Shown: positions 18,221 through 27,644 of the stretch, piece by piece
Numbering within the stretch: position 1 is the first letter of the stretch
How the letters are laid out: the number at the start of each line of letters is the position of its first letter
Assembly (NCBI GenBank): GCA_006844605.1
Contig: SPJN01000013.1
Coordinates: 760 to 64,759, forward strand
Source of the DNA: Hyphomicrobiales bacterium
GTDB lineage: Bacteria; Pseudomonadota; Alphaproteobacteria; SPJN01
DNA length: 64,000 nt
Direction of reading: 5' to 3'
Notes under the pieces: model-generated
What the model was told of the DNA's origin: nothing
The model's input: the letters and a program-made list of their open reading frames with translations, nothing else
Databases searched by the model: none
Made by a program: the position numbers and the translations under genes

Positions 18221-19806
18221 TATTGCGTTTCGGTGATCGCGCCCGTTGGGGGGGTGCGTCAACCTTTGACATGATGGTGACAGGATTGGGACGGCGGCTT
18301 CCCGCATGGGGTGGAGCTGCCGCCCTTTTCATTTTCGCCTGCCTTGCCCTGACCAGCCCGGCACAGGCCCGGCTTGATGTCGATAAGGTGGAGCGGTCCA
18401 TCGTCCGGATTGAAGTGGGGCGTAGCTTCGGCTCAGGCTTTTTTGTGACAAATGATGGGGTGATCGCCACCAATTACCATGTCGTCGCCGGTGCCGAACG
18501 CATCATTATCCGGCCCAGTGGTGACGTCAGCGGCTATGAAGGCCGGGTGTTGTGGCAGTCCAAGCAAATGGATTTGGCGCTGTTAAGCGTGCAGGGCGTG
18601 ACGCGCCCGCCTCTGACCTTGTTCATGGGTGATCCGCAGCGTGCGTCGAATGTCAACGTGGTTGGCTTTTCTGCCAAGTGTGATGCGGCTGCGGGTGGCC
18701 GCACCTTGCATACCTGCGCCACCAGTGGCGTTATTTCGCTGTTGGAAAATGATCGTGCCCGTGCCCGCCGCGTCGTGCAATCCGATGCGGTGATCAATCG
18801 TGGCTCATCAGGCGGACCGTTGTTGGATGATTGCGGCCGTGTGGTCGGCGTTGCGGCGCAAGGCTATGGCGGTGCAGGGGGCGAGGCGCTGTATGTCGCG
18901 ATCCATACCACGTCGCTTGTAAAGTTTATGGGTAGTGACCAGCTGAAGCCGTTGGCCCTAAAGCCTGTCATGACGAAGACAACCTGTAAGACCAATGTCG
19001 CTGGCCCTGATGAGGAGGCGCGCAAACGTGCCGACAGCGCCAGCCGCAGTGCCGCTGATGCCAATCAAAAGGCACAGGATGCCTTGAACACGACCGCCAA
19101 GGCGCAGGCGCAGGCCGAAGCGGCCTCAAAAGAAGCGGAAGCTGCCACGAAAGAGGCAGAGCGGTTGAAGCAGCAATTAAAGCTTCAAGAAGAGCGTTTG
19201 GCGGCTGAACAGGCCAAACAGGAAGCCGAACGTGCGCGCCAGAAAAATGTCAATCTATCGATTGTGATCGGGGTCGGGGTGACGGTTTTGTTGACCCTGT
19301 TGACCCTTGGCTTGGCATTAAGACGGCCGCGCCAGCAATTGATTCAGGTGGTTGAACAGGTGTCGCGAACGGTGATGCCCTCAAACAGAAGTGCCGCCAA
19401 CAAACCGAATGATGCGGTGCGCCGCAAGTCAACAATTGCCCCCCCCGGCGCCCCTGCGGAACATGATCTGCTGTTGATTGTCACAAAACCCGATGGTCAC
19501 CAGTCGCAATATACTCTTGATGCTGCCAAGCTGGGCCAAACATGGTTCGGCGTCACCTTTGGCCGTCATAAGGGGCTGGTGGACCATGTGATCGAATCGC
19601 CGGAATTGTCACGTAGACATTTCCGTATTCGGTGGCAAAATCAAGGCTTTGAAATTGAAGACCTGAATTCAACAAACGGAACGTTGTTGAACGGTGTCGC
19701 GCTTTTAGCCTATAAGCCGAACAGGCTGAGGATGGAAGACGAGATCAAGCTGGGCCGCGTCAAGGCGCGCGTCAGCAAGGTCAAACACGAAACCGGAACA
19801 AAATAA
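18217..19806 (+). CDS. Trypsin-like serine protease, coiled coil, TM, FHA domain
   Basis: GSGFFV..IATNYHVV, DLALL, NRGSSGGPL (intact H-D-S). FHA GRH..LSRRH..STNGT. The true start may be a later ATG. Confidence 0.88.
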   Translation: MILRFGDRARWGGASTFDMMVTGLGRRLPAWGGAAALFIFACLALTSPAQARLDVDKVERSIVRIEVGRSFGSGFFVTNDGVIATNYHVVAGAERIIIRPSGDVSGYEGRVLWQSKQMDLALLSVQGVTRPPLTLFMGDPQRASNVNVVGFSAKCDAAAGGRTLHTCATSGVISLLENDRARARRVVQSDAVINRGSSGGPLLDDCGRVVGVAAQGYGGAGGEALYVAIHTTSLVKFMGSDQLKPLALKPVMTKTTCKTNVAGPDEEARKRADSASRSAADANQKAQDALNTTAKAQAQAEAASKEAEAATKEAERLKQQLKLQEERLAAEQAKQEAERARQKNVNLSIVIGVGVTVLLTLLTLGLALRRPRQQLIQVVEQVSRTVMPSNRSAANKPNDAVRRKSTIAPPGAPAEHDLLLIVTKPDGHQSQYTLDAAKLGQTWFGVTFGRHKGLVDHVIESPELSRRHFRIRWQNQGFEIEDLNSTNGTLLNGVALLAYKPNRLRMEDEIKLGRVKARVSKVKHETGTK

Positions 19807-22773
19807 ATGGCTTCTGAGCATACAAATGCCCTACCGCGTGGTTATCGCATTGACGAGTATGAACTCGTCCGTGTGCTGGGGGCCGGTGGGTTTGGCATCA
19901 CCTATCTTGGGTTTGATCACAATCTTGATAAGCAGGTTGCGATCAAGGAATATTTGCCGCGTGAATTGGCAACCCGTATAGATGGCTCAACCGTTGCGCC
20001 ACATTCGTCGGGCGATCAGTCCGATTTTGAATGGGGGTTGGACCGCTTTTTGGAAGAAGCGCGGGTTTTGGCCCGGTTCGATCATCCCAATATTATCAAG
20101 GTTTATCGTTTTTTCCGTAATCACGGCACCGGTTATATCGTGATGGATTACGCGGAAGGTGAAAGCCTGTCCGCCTATTTGGGGCGTCAGGGCACCATCA
20201 CCGAACCGCAATTGCGCGGTATCTTGATGCCGTCCTTGTCGGGTCTGAATATGATCCATGCCGGCGATGTGCTGCACAGGGATATCAAGCCGGGCAATAT
20301 CATGATCCGTACCGATGGTACGCCGGTCTTGATTGACTTTGGTGCTGCCCGTCAGGCGATGAACAATAAAAGTCTGTCTGTGACGTCTATTGTGACGCCC
20401 GGCTATGCCCCGATTGAGCAATATTCCACCAAGGGCAATCAAGGCCCGTGGACGGATATTTATGCGTTGGGGGCTGTTGCCTATCGCTGTTTGATGGGCC
20501 ACACGCCTGAGGATGCGACGGACCGTATTCTTGATGATGAAATGGTGCCCGCGGTTGAAGCTGCCAAGGGCAAGGCCAGCCCGGAATTTTTGGCTGCGAT
20601 TGATGCGGCATTGGCAATACGCGAGGCTGATCGACCCCAAACGATTGCCGATTGGATCGAGATGTTCGGTGAAGTGCCCGAAAATGTCTTGTCTATCGGC
20701 GGTGGTCGCAGCCGCAGCAATGAAACCAGTCGTTTGAATGTGTCATCTGGCGAACCGAAATCCGGTGGCGGCAGCAAGACGGGCCTGTTTGTCGGGCTTG
20801 GGTTGTTGGTCGCCGCGGGGCTTGGTGCCGGTGGCTATTTCGCCATGGGCGGCTTTGGCGGTGGCGATGGTGGCAGTACAGCTGGTGGTGGGCAGGGCAC
20901 AACCGCCGCTGTGCCGCAACAGGCCACTGTGGCCTTGACCGCAGAACAGATCACAACCGTGCAGGCGCAACTCCTCGCGCTGGGCTATCGCGTTGCAAAG
21001 AACGGTGAAATGGATGCGCGCACCAAGTTGGAACTGACGCGCTTTCAAATGGAAAAGGGCTTGCCCCAATCCGGTGTTGCCGATGCGCCCACCATGCAGC
21101 GTTTGAAGGTTGAACGTGATCGCGTGGATCAAAAGGCATGGCTTGAAGCATCCGGTGGTCATACGGTCAGCGGCTATGCTGCCTATTTGAAGGAATGGTC
21201 AGACGGGAATTACCGGACGCGGGCAGAAGCGGCGATCAAACAATTGCAGGCCGATGAAGCGCGCCTGAACGAGGCTGAAAAGCGGGCTGCGCAATTGGCC
21301 AAGGATGATGATGCCTATGCCAAGGCGCAAGGCCAGCACACACTTGATGCCTATCGCGCCTATTTGAAGAATTTCCCCAAGGGACGCCATGTTGCGCAGG
21401 CAACGCAGGCGTTTGACCGCCTGAACGCGGTTCGTAAGGCCGAAGAAAAGGCCAAGCAGGATCGTGCAGAAACCACACTGCGCAAGGAGGCGCAGACCCT
21501 GCTGATCCAGATGGGGTATGATGTTGATAACCGTTCAGGCCGGGCAACAACAAAAACCAACAAGGCGGTCGAAGAATTCCGGGGCGAGGTGGGCCTGCCT
21601 GTATCGTCCAAGGTGGACCTGATCTTGTTGTCCAATATGCGCCAGGTCGCCGAAGATCGTTTGTGGGCCAAAACCAAAAAGGCCCGCAGCGCCCGCGCCT
21701 ATGAAACCTATCTCGACAGTTATCCTGATGGCCGCTATGCCGCTGAAGCACGTGACAATCTGGGTAAGGCCAAGCAGATGGCTGCAATGGCGGATGCCGA
21801 AAAAACCCTGACCCGTTCCATCCAGACAGAGCTGGGACGCCTTGGTTATAAGGTGCGGACTAATGGTGATTTTGATACGGCAACCGCAACGGCCATTGAG
21901 CTGTTTGAGCAAGAAACAGGTCGCAAGGTTACCGGCGAAATGTCAGACGAGCTGTTGGCAAATCTAAAGGCCACCAAGACACGTCCGGGTAAGGAAATGA
22001 AGATTGGCGGTATCGTCAAGGATTGCGAGGCTTGTCCGCCATTGGTTGTGGTGCCGACCGGTTCATTGACCATGACAACCAAAACAAAAAAGGGTGAACC
22101 AAGCGTCCGTAAAATTGCGATTGATACGCCCTTTGCCGTTGCGGTGGCTGAGGTGACGTTTGATGAATGGGATGCCTGCGTCGCCGCCTTTGCCTGCCAG
22201 CATAAGGGTGATCCCGGCTTTGGTAAGGGGCAGCTGCCTGTGGTTGGCGTCAGCTTTAATGACGCGCAAAATTATGTCGGCTTCCTGTCTGCCAGAACGG
22301 GCAAACCCTATCGGTTGTTAAGTGAAGCGGAATGGCAGTATACCGCTGGTGCCGGTGTCAGCAGTGCCTATGCATTTGGTGACAATGCACAGGAAATTTG
22401 CGCCTATGGCAATGTTGCGGGCAAGGAATCAGGCTTTGACTGGGGCAAGGATGGCTGTACCGACCAACACGGCCAGACAACCGCCCCTGTGAAATCATAT
22501 AAGCCGAACAAATTCGGTGTCTATGACATGCATGGTAATGCTGCCGAATGGGTGGCTGATTGCTGGCACGATGATTATGAAGGCGCGCCGACAAACCGTA
22601 AATCATGGGAAAGCGGCGGTGATTGTAACTGGCGCATCCTGCGTGGCGGTTCGTGGCGCAACGCGGTAGATTACAGCACGCTTGACCGCCGCTCCAAAAT
22701 GTTCGGCGTGGTGCGGGCCAATACAAACGGTTTCCGTGTTGTGCGTGACTTGGTGGACGGAGAAGGGCAATGA
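19807..22773 (+). CDS. Hanks-type Ser/Thr kinase with TM, peptidoglycan-binding domains and C-terminal FGE-sulfatase (SUMF1) domain
   Basis: LGAGGFG, VAIKE, HRDIKPGN, DFG. Three 'Q..L..LGY...G.....T..A...FQ'-like repeats. RLLSEAEW, YDMHGNAAEW, RGGSW, GFRVVR. Confidence 0.92.
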   Translation: MASEHTNALPRGYRIDEYELVRVLGAGGFGITYLGFDHNLDKQVAIKEYLPRELATRIDGSTVAPHSSGDQSDFEWGLDRFLEEARVLARFDHPNIIKVYRFFRNHGTGYIVMDYAEGESLSAYLGRQGTITEPQLRGILMPSLSGLNMIHAGDVLHRDIKPGNIMIRTDGTPVLIDFGAARQAMNNKSLSVTSIVTPGYAPIEQYSTKGNQGPWTDIYALGAVAYRCLMGHTPEDATDRILDDEMVPAVEAAKGKASPEFLAAIDAALAIREADRPQTIADWIEMFGEVPENVLSIGGGRSRSNETSRLNVSSGEPKSGGGSKTGLFVGLGLLVAAGLGAGGYFAMGGFGGGDGGSTAGGGQGTTAAVPQQATVALTAEQITTVQAQLLALGYRVAKNGEMDARTKLELTRFQMEKGLPQSGVADAPTMQRLKVERDRVDQKAWLEASGGHTVSGYAAYLKEWSDGNYRTRAEAAIKQLQADEARLNEAEKRAAQLAKDDDAYAKAQGQHTLDAYRAYLKNFPKGRHVAQATQAFDRLNAVRKAEEKAKQDRAETTLRKEAQTLLIQMGYDVDNRSGRATTKTNKAVEEFRGEVGLPVSSKVDLILLSNMRQVAEDRLWAKTKKARSARAYETYLDSYPDGRYAAEARDNLGKAKQMAAMADAEKTLTRSIQTELGRLGYKVRTNGDFDTATATAIELFEQETGRKVTGEMSDELLANLKATKTRPGKEMKIGGIVKDCEACPPLVVVPTGSLTMTTKTKKGEPSVRKIAIDTPFAVAVAEVTFDEWDACVAAFACQHKGDPGFGKGQLPVVGVSFNDAQNYVGFLSARTGKPYRLLSEAEWQYTAGAGVSSAYAFGDNAQEICAYGNVAGKESGFDWGKDGCTDQHGQTTAPVKSYKPNKFGVYDMHGNAAEWVADCWHDDYEGAPTNRKSWESGGDCNWRILRGGSWRNAVDYSTLDRRSKMFGVVRANTNGFRVVRDLVDGEGQ

Positions 22774-23054
22774 TGCGCTCATACCGCATAGGCCGGGGGG
22801 CAACGTGCGAGATCATTGTTGATCATAAAAGCGTATCGCGCCTTCATGCGGAATTATCCGTGTCGGCGGATGGACGATATTATCTGACCGATTGCAATTC
22901 ACGTGCAGGATCGTTCAAACAGGATAATGGCGAATGGGTGCGGGTACGACAGTCATTTGTTGAACCGACCCAGCCGTTGAAGTTGGGAGAGCAGGAGTTA
23001 ACGGCGGAAGAGGCGATGGAGCGTCGGTCCGCCAAAATATCACATAAGGTTTAG
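22770..23054 (+). CDS. Stand-alone FHA domain protein
   Basis: IGRG...VSRLHA...DCNSRAGS. Confidence 0.85.
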   Translation: MMRSYRIGRGATCEIIVDHKSVSRLHAELSVSADGRYYLTDCNSRAGSFKQDNGEWVRVRQSFVEPTQPLKLGEQELTAEEAMERRSAKISHKV

Positions 23055-23092
23055 TGTGATACAAAGGGGGAATGCCAGACGGGGCTTAAATT

Positions 23093-24493
23093 ATGGCTGG
23101 TTTTTGGAAACGGGATAAAAACAAGAATAAAAAGGACAAGGGGCAAAGCAAGGTTGTTTTGCCCGATATGCCTGTGAGCGTGGCCAACCCCAAAACAGGC
23201 TTGATGGGCGCGGTTGAGCCGCTGAAACCGTTGGTTGGTGACGAGGAAGTGTCCCGCCGGTCAGAGGATGATACCGTCCAGCTTGACGTTGAAACAAAAA
23301 TGGGGATGCGCACCACCGGCACGCCCAGCCCCCGTGAAATCGATACGCCCGCTGATGATAGCGAAGAAACAATGGTGCTGGGTCGTGATGCGACGGCAGA
23401 AGCGCCCCCATCAGACGACCCTTCTGCGGGGCCAGAAAACAATCTCCCAGAAAATAACGCGGTAGAGCCAACATCGTCGGATGAAGAAACAATGGTGCTG
23501 GGGCGTGCGCCAAGCGCACCGGTGGCACCAACCACGCCGATAGAGCCAAGCGTATCTGATAACGACAGCCCGCCGATGGCTGAACCGGAAGCAGAACCGG
23601 AAACAGCAGCAACCGGTCAGGCGTCGGATGAAGAAATCACCAAGCCTGACACAGTGATCAGACCATCAAGGTCGATTAACGAGGAGCCGCTATCCCGCGC
23701 CCAGACTCTGGGCCCGAAGGTGATGGCGGATGCTGACAAATATGCCGATATATTGCCCGTCGGTGATGATGACGAAGACCCAGCGCCTGACCCAATGGTT
23801 GATGCGCACCCCGCCGCTGATCCAGCACAGGACGTAGACGCTGACGCTGATGAAGACGCTGCTGAAGGCGCAGACGCCGATACAGAAGACGCTGTAGAAG
23901 CGGACCCTGATGTCGAAAAAGATGGCGCGCTTGATAAAGAGGTAGGCGTCGAAGTCGATGACGCAGAGAACATCACCCCCGTCAGTGCCGTGAGGAAATC
24001 CGGTACGCAGGCTGAGGGTGAAGAAGAAGCAACCCGGATATTCGGTGCGCGCCGCAAGATGCAAAAACCTGTCGCACCGTTATTGGATGTAAAGGTTGCG
24101 GGCGCATCGAAGCAGACTGACCCGAACGAGGCGATGGCAGACCCGATTGTGGGCTGGTTGGTAATTGTTGACGGACCGGGCGTGGGAAACTGCCTGCCGT
24201 TGGGCTATGGCACCAACCCTGTTGGGCGTGCCCCTGAACTGCGCGTGGCGTTGACATTTGGGGATTCGCAAGTGTCCCGCGGCACCCACGCCACAGTGAT
24301 TTATGATCCCCGCGGGCGGGATTTTTATGTTCAGCATGGCGGTGGCACCAATCTGACATATCTTGATGACAAGCCCTTGCTTGAGCCAAAGCAGCTCAAC
24401 CCTCGTGATCGCATTACGATCGGTGACACGGTTCTGATGTTGGTCCCCCTATGTGACAAAAACTTTGATTGGCAGGATCTGAATGATGAGTGA
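23093..24493 (+). CDS. FHA domain protein with long acidic low-complexity N-terminus
   Basis: VGWLVIVDGPG..GR...VSRGTHA...TNLT at the C-terminus. D/E/P/A-rich N-terminal region. Confidence 0.85.
   Translation: MAGFWKRDKNKNKKDKGQSKVVLPDMPVSVANPKTGLMGAVEPLKPLVGDEEVSRRSEDDTVQLDVETKMGMRTTGTPSPREIDTPADDSEETMVLGRDATAEAPPSDDPSAGPENNLPENNAVEPTSSDEETMVLGRAPSAPVAPTTPIEPSVSDNDSPPMAEPEAEPETAATGQASDEEITKPDTVIRPSRSINEEPLSRAQTLGPKVMADADKYADILPVGDDDEDPAPDPMVDAHPAADPAQDVDADADEDAAEGADADTEDAVEADPDVEKDGALDKEVGVEVDDAENITPVSAVRKSGTQAEGEEEATRIFGARRKMQKPVAPLLDVKVAGASKQTDPNEAMADPIVGWLVIVDGPGVGNCLPLGYGTNPVGRAPELRVALTFGDSQVSRGTHATVIYDPRGRDFYVQHGGGTNLTYLDDKPLLEPKQLNPRDRITIGDTVLMLVPLCDKNFDWQDLNDE
23363..23502 (+). repeat. 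20-bp direct repeat GAAGAAACAATGGTGCTGGG, two copies 120 bp apart (EETMVLG)
   Basis: Copies at 23363-23382 and 23483-23502. Confidence 0.9.
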
Positions 24494-25463
24494 ATCAGCA
24501 AAAACAAGCTATCAGGATGATCGCGTCTCTGCGGACCAAATGCAGGGTGGCCGGGATTATCAGGAAGATGATTACAAAGTGTCATGCATCAGCGCCCCCG
24601 CCGACGAAACGTCAGGCGAGTTGTTGATGGTATTGGCTGACGGTATGGGCGGCCATGCCGGCGGGGCCGAAGCGTCTGACATCGCCGTGCGCTATTTCAC
24701 GGATCATTTCATTGGATCAGATGGCGCGGTAAATGATCGGTTTATGGCGGCGCTTGACGCGGCCAATAATGGCCTGGAACAGGAAGTAGAAAAAAACCCT
24801 GACCTTGAAGGTATGGGCTGCACTTTGGTTGGCCTGCACCTGACCGATCAGGGGGCGCGCTGGATCAGCGTGGGGGATTCCCCGCTTTATCTGGTGTCAT
24901 CAGGCCGGATTGTGCAAATCAATGACGATCATTCAATGGCCCCCGTATTGGCGCAATTCGTCAAGGAAGGGCGCATGACAGCGGAGGAGGCGTCGAAGGA
25001 TCCGCGCCGCAACGCCCTTCGGTCTGCCGTTGTGGGCGAGGAGCTAACCCTGATTGATCTGCCCCATGATCCCTTGCCGATCCATAAGGGTGATGTGTTG
25101 GTGTTGGCCTCTGACGGGTTGCAAACACTGCCCAATGCCAAGATCAATGACATTGTGGTCAAGCATGGCGATAAACCCGTTGATCAACTGGTTGAAAAAC
25201 TGTTGCAGGCCGTCACGGATGCGGGTCGTCGGCGGCAGGATAACACAACGGTAATGGTGTACCGTGCTGATCGGCTGCTGGGCGAGGAGCCGCGCTCAGA
25301 CGATTTGACGATTGATCCCAATTCCTTGGAAGAGGAAATGGATGCCATCATGAATGCGGGCAGCGCAGGCGGTGCAGACGAACAATTGCCTCTTGCCCTG
25401 ATTGCAGCTGGTATTGTGGCCATTGTTGGCTTGGGCGTAGTGGCCTATATGGCGCTGATGTAG
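24483..25463 (+). CDS. PP2C/PPM-family Ser/Thr phosphatase with C-terminal TM anchor
   Basis: GRDYQED, VLADGMGGHAGG, VGDS, LASDGL, DNTT. Confidence 0.93.
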   Translation: MMSESAKTSYQDDRVSADQMQGGRDYQEDDYKVSCISAPADETSGELLMVLADGMGGHAGGAEASDIAVRYFTDHFIGSDGAVNDRFMAALDAANNGLEQEVEKNPDLEGMGCTLVGLHLTDQGARWISVGDSPLYLVSSGRIVQINDDHSMAPVLAQFVKEGRMTAEEASKDPRRNALRSAVVGEELTLIDLPHDPLPIHKGDVLVLASDGLQTLPNAKINDIVVKHGDKPVDQLVEKLLQAVTDAGRRRQDNTTVMVYRADRLLGEEPRSDDLTIDPNSLEEEMDAIMNAGSAGGADEQLPLALIAAGIVAIVGLGVVAYMALM

Positions 25464-25583
25464 GTGCCCTAAAAAATCACCTATCGGGCGACAGATTTTT
25501 GTCGCCGCTCCGTTTAATGAATATGACCTACAGCTTTTGGGGTGTGGGATCATGTCTCTAGGATTATTGAAACGGAGCATAAA

Positions 25584-26144
25584 ATGACCCGGAAAATACG
25601 TTTTGACAGCTTGCCTGCGTCCAGTCGCCTTTTGGCTGGTGCTGTGGCCGGTATTGTGGCGCTGACAGTCACAGGGGCGGTGGTTGCTGATTCCCACGGG
25701 GAAAAGGCCAAGACACGCGCAGCGCAACAGTTTAGCGCGATGGATGCCAATGGTGATGGCAAGCTGACGCGAGAGGAAATGAAGGCCCATCATAAGGCCC
25801 GTCATGCAAAAAAGGACACCAACGGTGATGGCAAAATTAGCCGGGATGAGTTCAAAAAAGCGGGCAAAAGCGAATGGGCGGCGCGCGCAGATCGCATGTT
25901 TGACCATATGGACCGCGACGGCGACGGTTTTTTGACCGACGCTGACAAGCCGAAGGACAAGGATATGGACAAGCGCCGTGCTGCCATGTTCGACAAGATG
26001 GACAAGGATGGTGACGGTGCCATCAGCCGGGACGAAGCAGAATCTGCCCGCATGTTCATGCGTCATCATATGAAGAAAAAACGCGGTCATGATTACGATG
26101 ATCATGATGATGACGATCACAGCGGTCATTACGGGCATCGCTAA
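25584..26144 (+). CDS. Secreted EF-hand protein with His/Asp-rich tail
   Basis: Four DxDGDG-type loops (DANGDGKL, DTNGDGKI, DRDGDGFL, DKDGDGAI). Signal-like N-terminus. GGAG RBS. Confidence 0.88.
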   Translation: MTRKIRFDSLPASSRLLAGAVAGIVALTVTGAVVADSHGEKAKTRAAQQFSAMDANGDGKLTREEMKAHHKARHAKKDTNGDGKISRDEFKKAGKSEWAARADRMFDHMDRDGDGFLTDADKPKDKDMDKRRAAMFDKMDKDGDGAISRDEAESARMFMRHHMKKKRGHDYDDHDDDDHSGHYGHR

Positions 26145-26186
26145 ACGCTTATCACGGCCAAGTCAGGCGCGTATGCTGCTTTCATT

Positions 26187-26765
26187 ATGGCAACACAATA
26201 TGATCAGGATGCGCGCTTGATGCGCCAGGTTGCGGCGGGGGATAAACGCGCCTGCCGCACCTTGCTTGATCTCTATTTGGCATCCACTTGGCGTGTTGCC
26301 TTGGCCTGTACCGGACGGGCTGACCTTGCCGATGATTTGACACAAGAAGCATTGGCGCGGCTTTGGCAGGTGGCCCCCAAATGGCAGGCGCGGGCGCGGG
26401 TCTCTACATGGCTTTATCGTGTGGTAAAGAATCTGTGGATTGATCATCTGCGCAAACAGCGACCCGGCGGTGAAGCCGTGGACGACATAGCAGAACTGGC
26501 GGATGATCGTGCCGATCCGCATGACCGGTATCAGGCGTTGCAGGCAGGCGCGACGATGGCACAGGCGGTTGCGCAATTACCGCCACGCCAGCGGATTGCG
26601 GTCACACTATATTATTTTGAAGACCTGTCGATTGATGACGGGGCGCAGGTGATGGACATTGGGGCTGATGCATTCCAATCACTGATTGCGCGGGCCCGTA
26701 AGGGGTTGAAGGTGATGCTGGCCGATCACCGGCAGGATTTGATGGAGGGGCTGACGGATGAGTGA
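26187..26765 (+). CDS. ECF sigma-70 factor
   Basis: ADDLTQEALARLW, STWLYRVVKNLWIDHLRK, LPPRQR region 4. Confidence 0.92.
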   Translation: MATQYDQDARLMRQVAAGDKRACRTLLDLYLASTWRVALACTGRADLADDLTQEALARLWQVAPKWQARARVSTWLYRVVKNLWIDHLRKQRPGGEAVDDIAELADDRADPHDRYQALQAGATMAQAVAQLPPRQRIAVTLYYFEDLSIDDGAQVMDIGADAFQSLIARARKGLKVMLADHRQDLMEGLTDE

Positions 26766-27096
26766 TCAAAATATGGACGATCAAACCTTGGACAAATTAT
26801 TGGCGGCTGCGCCGCGCCCATCGCCTGATGCGGCGCTGATGGGCCGGGTGATGGCCGATTTTGATGTGGCCCAAAATGCCATTGGCTGGCGTGATTTGGC
26901 GCAGATATTCTGGCCCTTTGGTCCGTTGTGGCAACCGTTGACCGCGCTGGCGCTGGTCGCGGTGATGGGGGTGGGGCTGGCACCCGCCGATATTGCGGTT
27001 TCTGATGATGCGCTTTTATTGGCGCAGGCAGATTTTGGCACGCTTGTGTTGGGGCAGGATTATGCTGCGATCCTTGAGGGGGGAGGAAACCAATGA
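26758..27096 (+). CDS. Putative membrane anti-sigma factor
   Basis: Overlaps the ECF stop. One TM segment, canonical position. Confidence 0.6.
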   Translation: MSDQNMDDQTLDKLLAAAPRPSPDAALMGRVMADFDVAQNAIGWRDLAQIFWPFGPLWQPLTALALVAVMGVGLAPADIAVSDDALLLAQADFGTLVLGQDYAAILEGGGNQ

Positions 27097-27626
27097 CCCG
27101 TAATCGTTTGTTGGCGCTGGCATTGTTTGTTTCGGTTGCCGTAAATATTTTTGCCGCGTCGGTATTTTTGGGGCCAGCCTTCCGGCAGGGGCCATATCTT
27201 GGCCCAATGACCGGGGAAAGGCATTTGGGAAGCCACGGGGAAAGGCATGGGGAAAGGCATGGGGAAAGGCATGGGCTGGACCTGCATCAGCTTGAACATT
27301 TGTCTGACGCCTCGCAACAAAAAGTGCGCGCCATTTGGCGGGATAGCCGCCGCGACCTTCATCGTGAGTTTCGTGCCTCGATAAAGGCGCGCCGTGGCTT
27401 GACCGAAGCACTGACCGCCGAAACTTATGATGCGCAGGCGGTGATGGCGGCGCAGGCGGCGCTTGATGCGGCGATGGGGCGGGTGCGGGCGCTGACTAAT
27501 CAGGCGGTCTTGGATAGTGCCAGCGTTCTGTCGGATGAGGAACGGGAAGAATTTTTCAAACGTGGTTTCCGGCCCCGGCATGGCAAACAGTCATCATCAG
27601 ATGATGATAGAGATGATGATGATTAG
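27093..27626 (+). CDS. Periplasmic heavy-metal-sensor / Spy-CpxP-like protein
   Basis: LFVSVAVN N-terminal TM, HGER repeats, LSDEERE C-terminal motif. Confidence 0.75.
   Translation: MTRNRLLALALFVSVAVNIFAASVFLGPAFRQGPYLGPMTGERHLGSHGERHGERHGERHGLDLHQLEHLSDASQQKVRAIWRDSRRDLHREFRASIKARRGLTEALTAETYDAQAVMAAQAALDAAMGRVRALTNQAVLDSASVLSDEEREEFFKRGFRPRHGKQSSSDDDRDDDD
27213..27272 (+). repeat. 12-bp repeat GGGGAAAGGCAT (one isolated plus three tandem copies) encoding HGER units
   Basis: Copies at 27213, 27237, 27249, 27261. Confidence 0.9.
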
Positions 27627-27644
27627 CGGGTCATCAGATAATGA

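Noticed and set aside
16547..25463. Type VI secretion cluster
   Set aside because: No structural tss, hcp or vgrG genes in the window. Only the phospho-regulatory-type genes are present.
25296..26138. 280-aa - strand ORF
   Set aside because: Antisense to the EF-hand gene and the PP2C 3' end.
27213..27272. Short tandem repeats as a CRISPR array
   Set aside because: 12-bp in-frame coding repeats without spacers. No CRISPR array seen anywhere in the window.
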